Positions 43,914 to 54,545 of a stretch of DNA of 64,000 nt are shown piece by piece. The notes beneath the pieces are model-generated. The model was not told the origin of the DNA. It did no database searches and saw nothing but the letters and a program-made list of their open reading frames with translations. Position 1 is the first letter of the stretch. Every line of letters starts with the position of its first letter. Source of the stretch: Corallochytrium limacisporum Hawaii (Eukaryota; Protista; Pluriformea); the NCBI GenBank assembly GCA_002811645.1, contig PDIP01000021.1, forward strand, positions 232,040 through 296,039, read 5' to 3'. Both the position numbers and the translations under genes were made by a program.

Positions 43914-44546
43914 CGTGGCCGTTTTCCACGACTGAGCACCTCAAAAACACATCGCGGAAATGTCATACAGATCAGTGTTCCATTCTCTAACACCTTTGTT
44001 TACAGTGGACCGGAAAAGACTACACCGTATGTGTGCACGGTGTCCCGGAGGCTCCAGTATGGCGTGAGACCCGTTCCTCCGAGGGGATACCCAGCCCCCG
44101 TGTCTCCGAAGGGTGGCGCCAGGGAGCAGAGCTGACGTGAGGAATTGGGGGCTATTTCTCTTGGTATTCGCCCTCCGCGGACGAGCCCAAGGGTAAGGGC
44201 GCTGCTGACAGTCTAACTCCCCCCCCCCTAACCCACCGCTACGTCAGTTCGGGAAGCCGGCGTATCGCGTCCGTTCCGGAGGGTTCCTCTCCTTTGGTTC
44301 TTAGTTTTGCCTTATAGTTGTGATGCTCTGGGGGCCAACTACAGGAGGGCCTGGCAGTGATAATCTCGGCGTTGGCGGTGGAGGTATTTCACCGGTCATC
44401 CCAGACGTAAATCTCCAGAGAAGGAACGGTGATAGCCGTGGTATTCGAATTGTCGCTGGGATGATACACTGACACATTCGTACTACGGAAAGCAGAAGTG
44501 AACTAGTGTAGACTCTACGAGCAAGCAAACAGGCGGTCTGTAGACG

Positions 44547-44605
44547 GTAAATTTTCGCGTTTACCGTAACTGGTTACTAGCATTTAAAGAAACTCTTTTC
44601 CATAG
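44547..44605 (+). other. Candidate 59-nt 5'-UTR intron of UFD1
   Basis: G|GTAAAT ... CTCTTTTCCATAG, ending 9 nt before the ATG. Confidence 0.5.
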
Positions 44606-44614
44606 AATTCCAGA

Positions 44615-45607
44615 ATGGCTGACTTTAACGCCTGGAACCAGCCGTTTGGTATGTCCATGGGCAGGTTCTCCTCCGGGTTTGATCGGATGTACAAAGTGCG
44701 ACCGGTTGCAATGCATCCCGACGGTAACAAGGATAAAATGGAAGAAGGCGGCAAAATCATTTTGCCTGCTACTGCCTTGGAGATCTTGACCATGATGCAC
44801 ATTGACTACCCAATGCAATTCAAGTTGACGTACAATGAGACCGGCCGCTCAACACATGCAGGTGTGCTGGATTTCACAGCAGACGACGGCTTTGTATACA
44901 TTCCTTACTGGATGATGGAGAACATGGGAGTGGAAATGGATGAAAACATTCAAGTCAAGTATCAGAGGCTCCCTTTGGCGAGCTTCTGTAAGATTCAGCC
45001 CCAATCTGTTGACTTTTTGGATATTAGCAATCCCCGGGCGGTCTTGGAGGCCATTTTGAGAGACTTCAGTTGTTTGACAGTCGACGATGTTATTGCATTG
45101 CACTACAACAACAAGAAGTACATGATCAAGATTATAGAGCTCAAGCCAGCAGAGGCAGTTAGTATTGTGGAAACAAATGTGAATGTGGAGTTCATGGCTC
45201 CAGTGGGTTACAAGGACCCAGCAGAGGAAAAGGAAGACGATGTGGCCAGCAGTGCGGGTGCATCATCCAGTGTCATGGAGCAGGATGTAGAGGACGAGAC
45301 ATGGAAGCCTTTCATGGGCCAGGGCCAACGTCTGGATGCGAAAAAGAAGGCCAATAAGGGGGGTGCTGAACCGACACCAAAGTCGGGGCTAGTGCCACCT
45401 GGATCTTCAGTTCCCAAAATGCGGAGAAAGTCAGAGATTTTGGCCGCTCCTTACCAGTTTGGAAAATTGGTACTCTTCCGACCTCCCACATCCAGAAAAC
45501 GGACAGTCAGTGGCATGAGTGCCAACAGCTCAGTGCTCGGCACCAGCCCTGCAAGCAAGTCTGGAGACCATTGGGACAACCTGCAGCCAGGCCGGACTCT
45601 CAAGTAA
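44615..45607 (+). CDS. UFD1: Ubiquitin fusion degradation protein 1
   Basis: GGKIILPATAL, YPMQFKL, THAGVLDF, FLDISNPRAVLE, F.APVGY and SHP box FMGQGQRLD. Confidence 0.97.
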   Translation: MADFNAWNQPFGMSMGRFSSGFDRMYKVRPVAMHPDGNKDKMEEGGKIILPATALEILTMMHIDYPMQFKLTYNETGRSTHAGVLDFTADDGFVYIPYWMMENMGVEMDENIQVKYQRLPLASFCKIQPQSVDFLDISNPRAVLEAILRDFSCLTVDDVIALHYNNKKYMIKIIELKPAEAVSIVETNVNVEFMAPVGYKDPAEEKEDDVASSAGASSSVMEQDVEDETWKPFMGQGQRLDAKKKANKGGAEPTPKSGLVPPGSSVPKMRRKSEILAAPYQFGKLVLFRPPTSRKRTVSGMSANSSVLGTSPASKSGDHWDNLQPGRTLK

Positions 45608-45720
45608 AGTTCGCACTCTGGAGTTTTATTTACGGTAATATCACAATGAAGCACATATCTTTTATTGATAATGGGAACTAAAAAGTATTTGGAGTGACTT
45701 CCAAAAAGAACCTGACATGT

Positions 45721-46518
45721 TTAGATAGGGTACTTCTGGGGCTCAATGAGGATCTCGTTGATTGCAGCGTATGGTGGCTGCATAAGGGCAAACAATACTG
45801 ATTCGGCAATGTCCCGAGTGCGCAGGACGATGCTAGGATCGGCTCCCTCCATGAAGGCCTTCTTTGCAGTTTCATCGGTCGTGGTTGCTGCCAGGTCGGT
45901 AGCAACGTCACCGGGCTGAATGCAAGTCACCTTGATTTCCGTCTGAGCAAGCTCGGTGCGCAGGCCACGACTGACTGCTTCAACAAAGTACTTTGTACCC
46001 GAGTACACCGCCAGGCCCTCGAAAGCCTTTCGTCCGGCATCACTGCTCATGTTAATTATATGACCCGTGTTCTGTTTCATCATTTGGGGCAGGCACGCAC
46101 CCAATCCGTTCAGCAGGCCCTTGCAATTAATGTCCAGTGTCTTGTGCCATTGGTCGACTTCCATGCTCTTCATGAAGGTGTAGGGCATGTATCCCGCATT
46201 GTTGATCAGGACATCGATGGAACCGTATTTCGTGACAGCTGCATCGGCCATCTTCTTGAAGTCTTCCAAGACGGTCACGTCACAGGTCATGAAGGTAACG
46301 TTATCCGCAGGCACCTTACCTAACCCGTGGCACATTTCCTGACCGACCAGGGATTCCTTGAGCTCTTCCAGCAAGTTTGTGCGCCGCGCACCCATCACTA
46401 CCTTTGCGCCATTGAGCACGAGGGTGCTTGCAATTTCCTTTCCGATGCCACTGGAAGCACCGCTAATAACGGCCACCTTGCCGTCAAGATTACAATTTAC
46501 TTTGTAAGTCTCTACCAT
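45721..46518 (-). CDS. Short-chain dehydrogenase/reductase (classical SDR)
   Basis: SGASSGIG, NNAG, catalytic S (MSSDAG) and YSGTK; ATG at 46518 in CACCATGG context. Confidence 0.92.
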   Translation of the reverse strand: MVETYKVNCNLDGKVAVISGASSGIGKEIASTLVLNGAKVVMGARRTNLLEELKESLVGQEMCHGLGKVPADNVTFMTCDVTVLEDFKKMADAAVTKYGSIDVLINNAGYMPYTFMKSMEVDQWHKTLDINCKGLLNGLGACLPQMMKQNTGHIINMSSDAGRKAFEGLAVYSGTKYFVEAVSRGLRTELAQTEIKVTCIQPGDVATDLAATTTDETAKKAFMEGADPSIVLRTRDIAESVLFALMQPPYAAINEILIEPQKYPI

Positions 46519-47361
46519 GGTGTTGAAACTGGGTCCACGTGGAAACCAAATGCTACAATGTAGGTGTACCAGAGATTTGAGATAATTATGCGACTCATGT
46601 CTACGTTTGGCGAGTGAAAGGCTCACGAAACCCCGAAAATAGCAAAACCGGGCGATCAGGCCGTGCCAAATGGACTGGACTAAGTCATATTGATCAATGT
46701 GAGATGTTTATCGCACGTACTTGTGTGGCCCCGAAGAGACCTCCCTCTCCGCATAGCAAGTCTATGGAAACCCGCCACCAGTCAAAACGGCCATCGGTAA
46801 CGAGACACACATTTCATCGCGCGGCAGTCATCGAGACATGTCATGTAGACCAGCGCACGATTTAAGGGCTACGCTTGACTATGACTATATTATATGAAAA
46901 GAGCACAAGATGATTCATTTAGGGAATGGAATGGAAATAATGAGCTATGTGTAGGAGTTGAGACAACGGACAAGAGTAGATGCGAACCGAGCAGATGATT
47001 TGATGAGGGAGCATGAGTGATAGTTGTTGGAAAGTAGTGATAAGTGAGATAGGAGGATAGGAAAATGTTGTTGCGCAGGAGCCCTTTGATGTTGCGCGTC
47101 CGGGGTTGTGAGTTAAGTATTTGTTTGAATATGTGCATAAGGCTCCCGGACAATCGTGGTACGTTCAAACCCGACCATGGGAATGCATGAGGATCACCAA
47201 GGTTCTAGTCATCTTCTGCAGCAGTCCAACAATCTTACGCTGTTGGCAGCTACCGGTGACTGTGAACCATTGTGCGATTCGCATACCCGAAAGCGTAGTC
47301 TGAAGTCCATGGCCGCAATATTGATGAGGTTCCGCGGGACGTCACTTTTGTGACTCTCATG

Positions 47362-47649
47362 TTAGGTTCTCAGAGGAAGTGAGAGCCAGTGCTGAGGTGG
47401 CAAGGGAAGCTGGGAAGGATGAGGAGCTTCCGAAGACTTTCCGCTTGCATAAAGCGTCGGAGACGGAGTGCGAGGGTTAGGACTTGCCTTGCGATTAGGC
47501 GTCTTCAACTCACCGTTCTGGCTGACGCCAGCCGACTTCGGACGGTTGTTCTTGTGGCCCTTGGAGTTGCCATTCTTGTTGCCTTTGGCTACATTTTGGT
47601 CACCTCCATGGTCCTTCTTCTTCTTATTCTTCACAGCGCCGTCAGTCAT
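47362..47649 (-). CDS. PNRC/Edc1-like mRNA decapping coactivator (95 aa)
   Basis: Basic disordered N-terminus and C-terminal LYASGKSSEAPHPSQLPLPPQHW resembling PNRC [22 protein letters not shown]. Confidence 0.78.
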   Translation of the reverse strand: MTDGAVKNKKKKDHGGDQNVAKGNKNGNSKGHKNNRPKSAGVSQNGELKTPNRKASPNPRTPSPTLYASGKSSEAPHPSQLPLPPQHWLSLPLRT

Positions 47650-47685
47650 TTGACACGCTTAGAGATTCTGTATATATATGTATCG

Positions 47686-47777
47686 CTGTTGTAAAGGGGG
47701 ATTAAGAAAACATAGTGTTCGCTTAAAGATCCCACATTGGCAGTAACATTCATATGCATAATCGAACCCTTAAGTAC
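47686..47777 (-). other. Candidate 92-nt 5'-UTR intron of the PNRC-like gene
   Basis: Minus strand G|GTACTT ... branch-like TTCTTAAT, CCCCCTTTACAACAG; removes several upstream ATGs. Confidence 0.5.
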
Positions 47778-50700
47778 CCGAGTCAATAAAATGCTAACAC
47801 CTGTGTTTAACGCACAATCCATCCTATCCCAGTTCGTCGTCGCAACGGGAATCCGCTAATCGGAAAAGTAAATCTCTTGCTGGTTCGTCGCTCACACTAT
47901 TCCCGATGCACCCGTGTTTACTCGAAACTGCCACCCGAATCAATGAGGGCGAGGGGCATAGCCAAGCAATGCGCCCCGTTCCGTGCTTCCCTTCCACACT
48001 TCGCAGCGGGGCGAAGAAGGTCCCATCCCCTCCAGGCCCTCCCCCTTTCCTCTGCCTGCTCCGGGCTGCTGGTATATTCACCATTTCAGCTTCTTTCAAC
48101 TCTGTGACACACCTCTGCCTTTCCTTCTCCATTTAAATCACGGACTCCTCCTCCCTCACCCCCCGCCGGGGGGGGCCGCGCGGGAGGGCCTTCCGTCTGT
48201 GCCAAGCGTGTTCCATACTAAAAACATTGACCATTGGGCTCCTTTCCGGCTGACACCCGCGCTGCCGCGTTTTCGGGGCTGGCCCACACCACCCCTCGTC
48301 CGTAAGGGGGGTGTGAACCCTGCTCCCCCCCCCTTACCTCCGTCTTCTCTGTCCCCTTCTTTTAACATTTTTTTTTCTCTCCCTTCGTTCCGGAAGGGTG
48401 AGGAACAAAACTCTTTTTAGTCACCATCGGGTACCTTGTCACTGCTTGTGTGTCCGCACCGGCAGTAGTATTGAATTATAGGCTAAGTTTGGGCGCCATC
48501 TGGTACTTTACGCAACCGGCTGGAACCGTCCGTTCCGAACAACTTCCGGTCCCGTCGCCTCAACCGCTCTCTTCCTTCGCGCTCAAATGTTCCCCCCTTC
48601 GCCTCGAGAAGAAATGATTCGTCCATAGTCCCAAGCCGGCCGCCACCCCAAGAAAACTTTTTTTTGACCCCCTCCCCTTTTTTTTTGCCTTCCCCTCTCT
48701 TCCTCTTTCTGCGGAAGCAAAGAAGCACTTCCCCAAATCAATCCCAGAGCTGTGCACAGCCATTGATCCTATCGATAAGCAAAGAGCCATATACTCAGTA
48801 TGCAAAGCAAGGAAGGGCCTCCCGGTGGGGGGGGGGTGGAGGAAGATGAGACTGCCCACCGCCAAACCCCCCTCTGAGCCTCCTTAGCCCCGGAAGACGG
48901 AGGAAGGAGGAATGGGGGCCGTTTTCGAATGGCTTGCTGACGCCCCCGTCCTTTTTCCATACTGAGTCGGTGCTGGCAAAAAGTACGTTGCGGAGGGAGG
49001 GGGAGGAGGGACAAGAAAAAGGGGAGGGGAGGGGAGAGCGGCGGGCGGGGAAAGAGGAGAGGTAGCCCCGGCAGTGTAAGGGGCGACGGCCATGTTAGGT
49101 AGTTTCCGGTGGGTGTCCCGCTTTATTGGTCAGGTCCTTGCGGTAGTGAGTCAATGGAGGAAACATCTAATCAAACGTCTCTCCGTCTTGAACTTTTCGG
49201 TCTCGTGATTTCATGGATTCCCCCCCATTAATTGCAACGCCCGCCCAGGAAGGCAAAGGCGCAACCTCACAGAAGGGCAACGATAAGAAAGACATGGGAC
49301 AGCCGCAAAAAAAAAAGGAAAAAGGTTTGCTGAGGCAGATGGAATGGGGAGGGGACCCTGGTTTGTTTACTACGTCCTGCAGGTTGCCCATAGTGAAACA
49401 ACCATCGAAACAGGACTCGTCCGCTACAATTAGGGCTACGCATGGTAAAAAAAAAACCAGCTCGGCCCAAATTTGTGGAAACTTTTCGCGAACTTGGCTA
49501 AATAACTGTAGTATATTTTATATAGTGAGGGAATTGTGGAGAAGCCGGATCCATCCAACCGGTCTGCAGCTCGCCGGCAGGCTCCGCCCAACCATATGTC
49601 CCCGAGCCCTTACATTGGGTACAGCAAAATGATGTGTACCATTTGCTCAACCTACGTGCTGCAGCGTTTACTCTCGTCGCGCACGTAAGCGCGCAGTCCG
49701 GTTGCTTTCTTGGATATACCGACATGGTGGAAATTTTGACAGTAAAATGAAACCCTTATGAACTAATTATATCCAATTTACCGCGCGGCCCCGTGCATAG
49801 TCCTTGCTTTCGGGTTAATATACTCTTGCTTGCGTAGCCGTTCACGGATCGCAATCTAAACACTTTGCAGGGCGGGTGCGGGATCGCACAGGACTTCAAG
49901 AACACATCCTCTGTGATTGGTCTGCGCACTGGAGATAGTCTTGTGGGGCTACAATGTCATCGACTGTGTCGAACACGCCCTACGAACTGATTGATGTTGG
50001 CGATGTCGGATGTCCCGTTTGCCGCCACCGGACTCTCCCTCTTAGAGGGGATGCTTATTGACCCTGTCAGGGTTTTGCAGCAGGGAGCTTTCCATGGGTC
50101 ATTATCCATGTCAAATATCATAGCATGAGTGAGGGAAACAACCCGAAGCACATCGATGCCCACCGTGATTCAGATGTGCCTGCGAGTCGAACGGTCTCAC
50201 TGCGATCTACTTGGCATTTACTGATGGCTTTGATGTCCTCTTTGTGTTCCTCCCGCGTAGATTCAGATGCGCCGGACACCGTCACCTGTGGCGGAGCCAG
50301 CAATGTCATTCTGTTTGAAACTAACCCCGAGGACGGCTGCCCCGACTACAACAGCCAGTCTGCTGGACGGAAACCCAGGATGACGGACAGTTGCACATTA
50401 CCCAGCTGCATCATATGCATCTCATCATAACTAGTGGTACACAATATGAATCCCACGGGTTTCAATCAAAACTTACTGTGCAACCAAGCAGATAACTTTG
50501 GCATCCGTTACAGAAACTTCATGACAAACGGATAAGAGATCATCACCGGCCCCTGACGGGAAGTTCATCGGCTCTGAAATCACCATATTTTCCCGTATAT
50601 ACTAAATAACATTGTTGTTCTTTTACTGACCGTTCATTGGACAAAATCCAACCAATGGCAACATGCGGCTGCAGGAAACAGAGGGGCATCGAGGGAGAAG

Positions 50701-51277
50701 AGGGGAGGCAGGGAGGGACTTCTCGAGTGTGTGAGAAATTTCATAGGAAATGTACGGCTGTTTCCGAGTTAGGCGCGAAACGGGAAGGGACTCCAGGAGA
50801 GGAGAATCTGAAGAAAAAATTGAGTGGCAAATCGGGAGGTTTGGGGGAGGGAGGGGAAGTGAAGAGGGTTACCAGTAGTATTTGGCCCGGGTCTTTCCGG
50901 AGCAAGGTAGGTGGCTTGCGAGGGGAGGGTGACGAAGGCGAAGGAAAATAAGTGCTATGTTGGGCTTACCGCCGTATTAACGCGGACTGGGGTTGTGACG
51001 AACGGTTCGGACGATCCTAGAGTGAGAGCGCGTTATTCGACTCCGCGTACTGCTTCAAGGAATGTACGAATTAACCTCGCGCTTCTTCTAGCCATGACAT
51101 TGAATGAGGAGGTATTTCAGTCGCAAGGCTGGTGGTTGGAAGAATATATGAATCAGGAGACACCTCAGAATACAGGGCCAAATTCGATGGGGATAAAAAG
51201 AAGGTTGTGTGTGAAAGGATATGATTTAAAGAAGCCGGGATCTGCAGAGCCAGTCAGAAATAGAAGGCAAGGACACC

Positions 51278-52048
51278 ATGACAGAACCAAGCTACGGCAT
51301 GAGTGAGGGTCAAAATGGCAACCTGGATGCCGCCCTTGAACAGACTCTGGAAAAATTCTGGAAAGACGTGAACAACTCCATGCGCAAATTGGGACCAAGC
51401 GACTTTCGGGAATTCGAGTTGCCGTTGGCGCGTATCAAAAAGATCATGAAAACAGATGACGAAGTGAAGATGATCAGCTCCGAAGCTCCCGTCGTGTTTT
51501 CCAAAGCCTGTGAGATTTTCATTGAAGAATTGACAATCCGAGCCTGGCTACACACCGAGGAGAACAAGCGCCGAACACTACAACGTACCGATGTGTCCGC
51601 TGCTATTAACAAGTGTGACATGTACGATTTCCTTATTGATATTGTACCGCGGGAAGAAACAGCAAAACCGTCCACAAAGAATGATGCCAGCCTGCGGGCT
51701 CCGGCACATATGACTCCAGAGATGGCAGCTGCCTACTATTACCCGATGATGCACCCCGAATTCCTGCGTCAGATTCCCATGGAGCAGATGATGATGTATC
51801 AACAACAATGGCAACAAATGCAACAGTTTTACATGCAGCAGGGTGGTATGCCAGGCATGCCAGGCATGCCTGGCATGGAAGGTATGATGCCTCCAGGATT
51901 CCCTGGTGCACCAGGTGCTGAAGCGGCCGGTGAAGGAGCAGCAGCTGAGAGCTCTGAGGTTGCAGAACCATCGCAGGCAGTCCGTAAGGGCACTGGAGGT
52001 GCAGCGCCCGGTGGTAAGCAAGGAAAAGGAAAGGGGTCACGAAAGTGA
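51278..52048 (+). CDS. NFYC: Nuclear transcription factor Y subunit C (HAP5)
   Basis: Histone fold LPLARIKKIMK...MISSEAPVVFSKACEIFIEELTIRAWLHTEENKRRTLQR...DFLIDIVPR; Q/M-rich tail with GMP repeats. Confidence 0.96.
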   Translation: MTEPSYGMSEGQNGNLDAALEQTLEKFWKDVNNSMRKLGPSDFREFELPLARIKKIMKTDDEVKMISSEAPVVFSKACEIFIEELTIRAWLHTEENKRRTLQRTDVSAAINKCDMYDFLIDIVPREETAKPSTKNDASLRAPAHMTPEMAAAYYYPMMHPEFLRQIPMEQMMMYQQQWQQMQQFYMQQGGMPGMPGMPGMEGMMPPGFPGAPGAEAAGEGAAAESSEVAEPSQAVRKGTGGAAPGGKQGKGKGSRK

Positions 52049-52208
52049 TCAAGACCTGTTATTGTCATGATGTTTGAAATAAACTCCGTTCCACGGTGGA
52101 ACAAGAGCGGTATGTATTTGAACCATTCGAAAGTATACGAACATGTGGTGTGTAACGAAGAACCTAAGGGGCTTCTCTATAAGTGTTTTGAAAGATCCAG
52201 CTTTCTCT

Positions 52209-52955
52209 TCAGAAGCGCTCTGCAACGCGGTTGGCAACAGTGCGCAGACGTCCACTTACCTTGCCAGGTGGTGAACCAAGAATCAAGTTACCAATGGCAT
52301 CACGAGCAACCCTAATGTTCTGATATGATCCCAAGATGTGTACTCGGGTATCTGCAAGGACAATACGGGTCTTACTGACATTCTCAATATAGTATTTCGT
52401 CTGTCCTCCCTTGCCGGCAATGCGACCAATCGCACGGCTCAAGTGGTCACCCTTCAAAGGCTTCACATCCGTCACGTCGAATGTCTCGACATACAGATCA
52501 TCCAGACGCAACAACGCCTTGGTGTCCTCTACGTCGAATCCCAATGTGAAGGCCTTTACAAAGTCTGCGGCCTTCTGCAAGCTACCAATGTCCTCGGTGT
52601 GAGGTCCATTACGAATCTCCACGCTACGGTTCTTGAGGTTCATACGGACCTCCAACTTCATCTGTTCTACAAGAGGTGCGTACACCTTGTTCCAGTTTTC
52701 CTTCAAAGGAGTGTATCGGTGGTTAGGCACCGGGATTCTCCGCAGCTCCTGTTTCCCACTCTTCAGCTGCTTTGCTCCCAGTTTTTCAAAGTCTGGGCGT
52801 CCCTCATCTGCCCTGGTCTCCTTGTCTTTCAAGTGCTGAAGCGCAACCTCCGCCTCACGCTCAATCTCAGCCGTATCGATCACTTCAGGTTCTGTCTGAG
52901 TCGCGTCCTTGGCGGGCTCTTCACCGCTCTGATTTCTTGACCGCGTGGTAACCAT
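52209..52955 (-). CDS. PNO1: Pre-40S RNA-binding protein PNO1/Dim2
   Basis: VPNHRYTPLKENW, ALLRLDDLY, DVKPLKGDHLSRAIGRIAGKGG, LILGSPPGKV, terminal ERF. Confidence 0.97.
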   Translation of the reverse strand: MVTTRSRNQSGEEPAKDATQTEPEVIDTAEIEREAEVALQHLKDKETRADEGRPDFEKLGAKQLKSGKQELRRIPVPNHRYTPLKENWNKVYAPLVEQMKLEVRMNLKNRSVEIRNGPHTEDIGSLQKAADFVKAFTLGFDVEDTKALLRLDDLYVETFDVTDVKPLKGDHLSRAIGRIAGKGGQTKYYIENVSKTRIVLADTRVHILGSYQNIRVARDAIGNLILGSPPGKVSGRLRTVANRVAERF

Positions 52956-53677
52956 GATTATCGTTCAGTGCTCTGTTTGGCTTAAAATTATATGAACAGT
53001 GTGCCAAGGCAGTTACATTTAAAATACGGTCTCACTACAACTACGTTCTGACTGTAACCATGTCATTTGTCGTCGAAGATCTGTGTGTGTCTTCGCTCAA
53101 ATAGTATGACCGTGTGACCTTTCCTGTCGTTTCAAGGATCTAACCAGCTGTCGTAACTTGAAAATTCGAACACTGAGACGTGACTGAAAGATTATGCACC
53201 TTCTCTCCTGACTACAATAACCCACTCATTTCTGAAATGCGCGTACAGTAATCACCAATTTGTGATGTTGAACGCAGTCTGAGTTCGAGCGGCTAAGAAA
53301 CCCGCGTGACCCAGCCTACCCACCAGGCGCTTCCGGTGCCCACCGCCCAAATTCCAAGTCTTTCAGTATAGATGAGGTACTCCCCACCCCTTCTCCCACC
53401 TTACTCCGTGTGGGAGATGGAAAGAGAACAATTACTAACGAGGTGTTCAGGTTTCTACGCCATATGGGCCAAAGTGAACGGGGGGAGATGACGGGACCGC
53501 GCATCTATACGATTGTGACCTTCATGGCCACTTCGTGTCATGACCATTGAAAACCTCAAGGGCCAGCTGACTGAAGCAATTAATACATTTATGATAATGA
53601 AAACCATTGTATTCGTTATTACAACTATGACTTAATATGGAACCCAGATTTTAAGATACAGCGCGCCCGATGTAATG

Positions 53678-53863
53678 TTACTGACCAGGTTGCGGAGGCT
53701 TTCCGCTTTCGGTGAAGAGAACGTGTTGATTCACCTTGGGATCATACTTGATAAATGCAAACTTCTTCTGACTACCCCTAAGCTTCTGTAATGTGTAGAA
53801 ATATTGCGTCTGGGCTGTACTATATATCCGCACAAAGATGCGGCGCGCCTTACCCTTCGCCAT
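53678..53863 (-). CDS. MRPL33: Mitochondrial ribosomal protein bL33m
   Basis: MAKGKARRIFVRIYSTAQTQYFY...KYDPKVNQHVLFTE. Confidence 0.9.
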   Translation of the reverse strand: MAKGKARRIFVRIYSTAQTQYFYTLQKLRGSQKKFAFIKYDPKVNQHVLFTESGKPPQPGQ

Positions 53864-53869
53864 GGTGTG

Positions 53870-53923
53870 CTACATGCCCAAGTACGGCTGTGTACCAAGA
53901 TCTACAAAAGGGTTCTCACATAC
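53870..53923 (-). other. Candidate 5'-UTR intron(s) of MRPL33 (one 54 nt, or 22 + 26 nt)
   Basis: Minus strand GTATGTGAGAACCCTTTTGTAG-ATCTTG-GTACACAGCCGTACTTGGGCATGTAG-CACACC-ATG. Confidence 0.5.
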
Positions 53924-54496
53924 CCACATTTTTCATACTGAAATAGCCATTGGTGCATGCTCCTAACTTTCCTCAACCGCAAACCAATTACTTATCGAAC
54001 ATAAAGCTCTTCGCTCGTCGTGTCTACCGCCGCCTTCATCAGGGGTACCGGGGCCAGCTCGCTGCCTGGCCGCTCTGTGTGGACTTGAGGTTGTTGGGAG
54101 AAAAGTCTAAACAGAGTGAAGCAAGGGGGGAGGGAAGAAGAGGTGGAGGAGACACGGGAGAATTTGGGGGGGGGTTTGACGGGTGTGTTGGGGAGCGCTG
54201 GCTGCACAGTGGGACCGGCTCCGCACAGTGTGCGTATCCCACGTTCTTATTTCGCAGTGGAATCCGCTTTGTCGGTCCGTGTTACTACTTGCCTCTGCAC
54301 ACCGTATGATAGGAGATGATAAAGAAGTTCACCGTACTTTCAAGATCGTATGAAGCGCAGGTATGGAAAATAGGTTTGTGAGGAACCATACCGCCATCAA
54401 TTAGAGCTGTGCAAAGCGACGACACGGCTGGGCAGTCTGTGGGTTTGCGAAGAACAATCGGATCGTACTTTCCGGGGCACCGGGATGACTATCCCG

Positions 54497-54526
54497 GTGA
54501 GTATCACACAGAGTCTGGTTCCACAG
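54497..54526 (+). other. Candidate 30-nt 5'-UTR intron of the orphan gene
   Basis: G|GTGAGT (consensus donor) ... GTTCCACAG|G, 19 nt before the ATG; another CAG|GTATGG donor at 54361. Confidence 0.45.
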
Positions 54527-54545
54527 GAGAAAAACGTTCTTCAAG

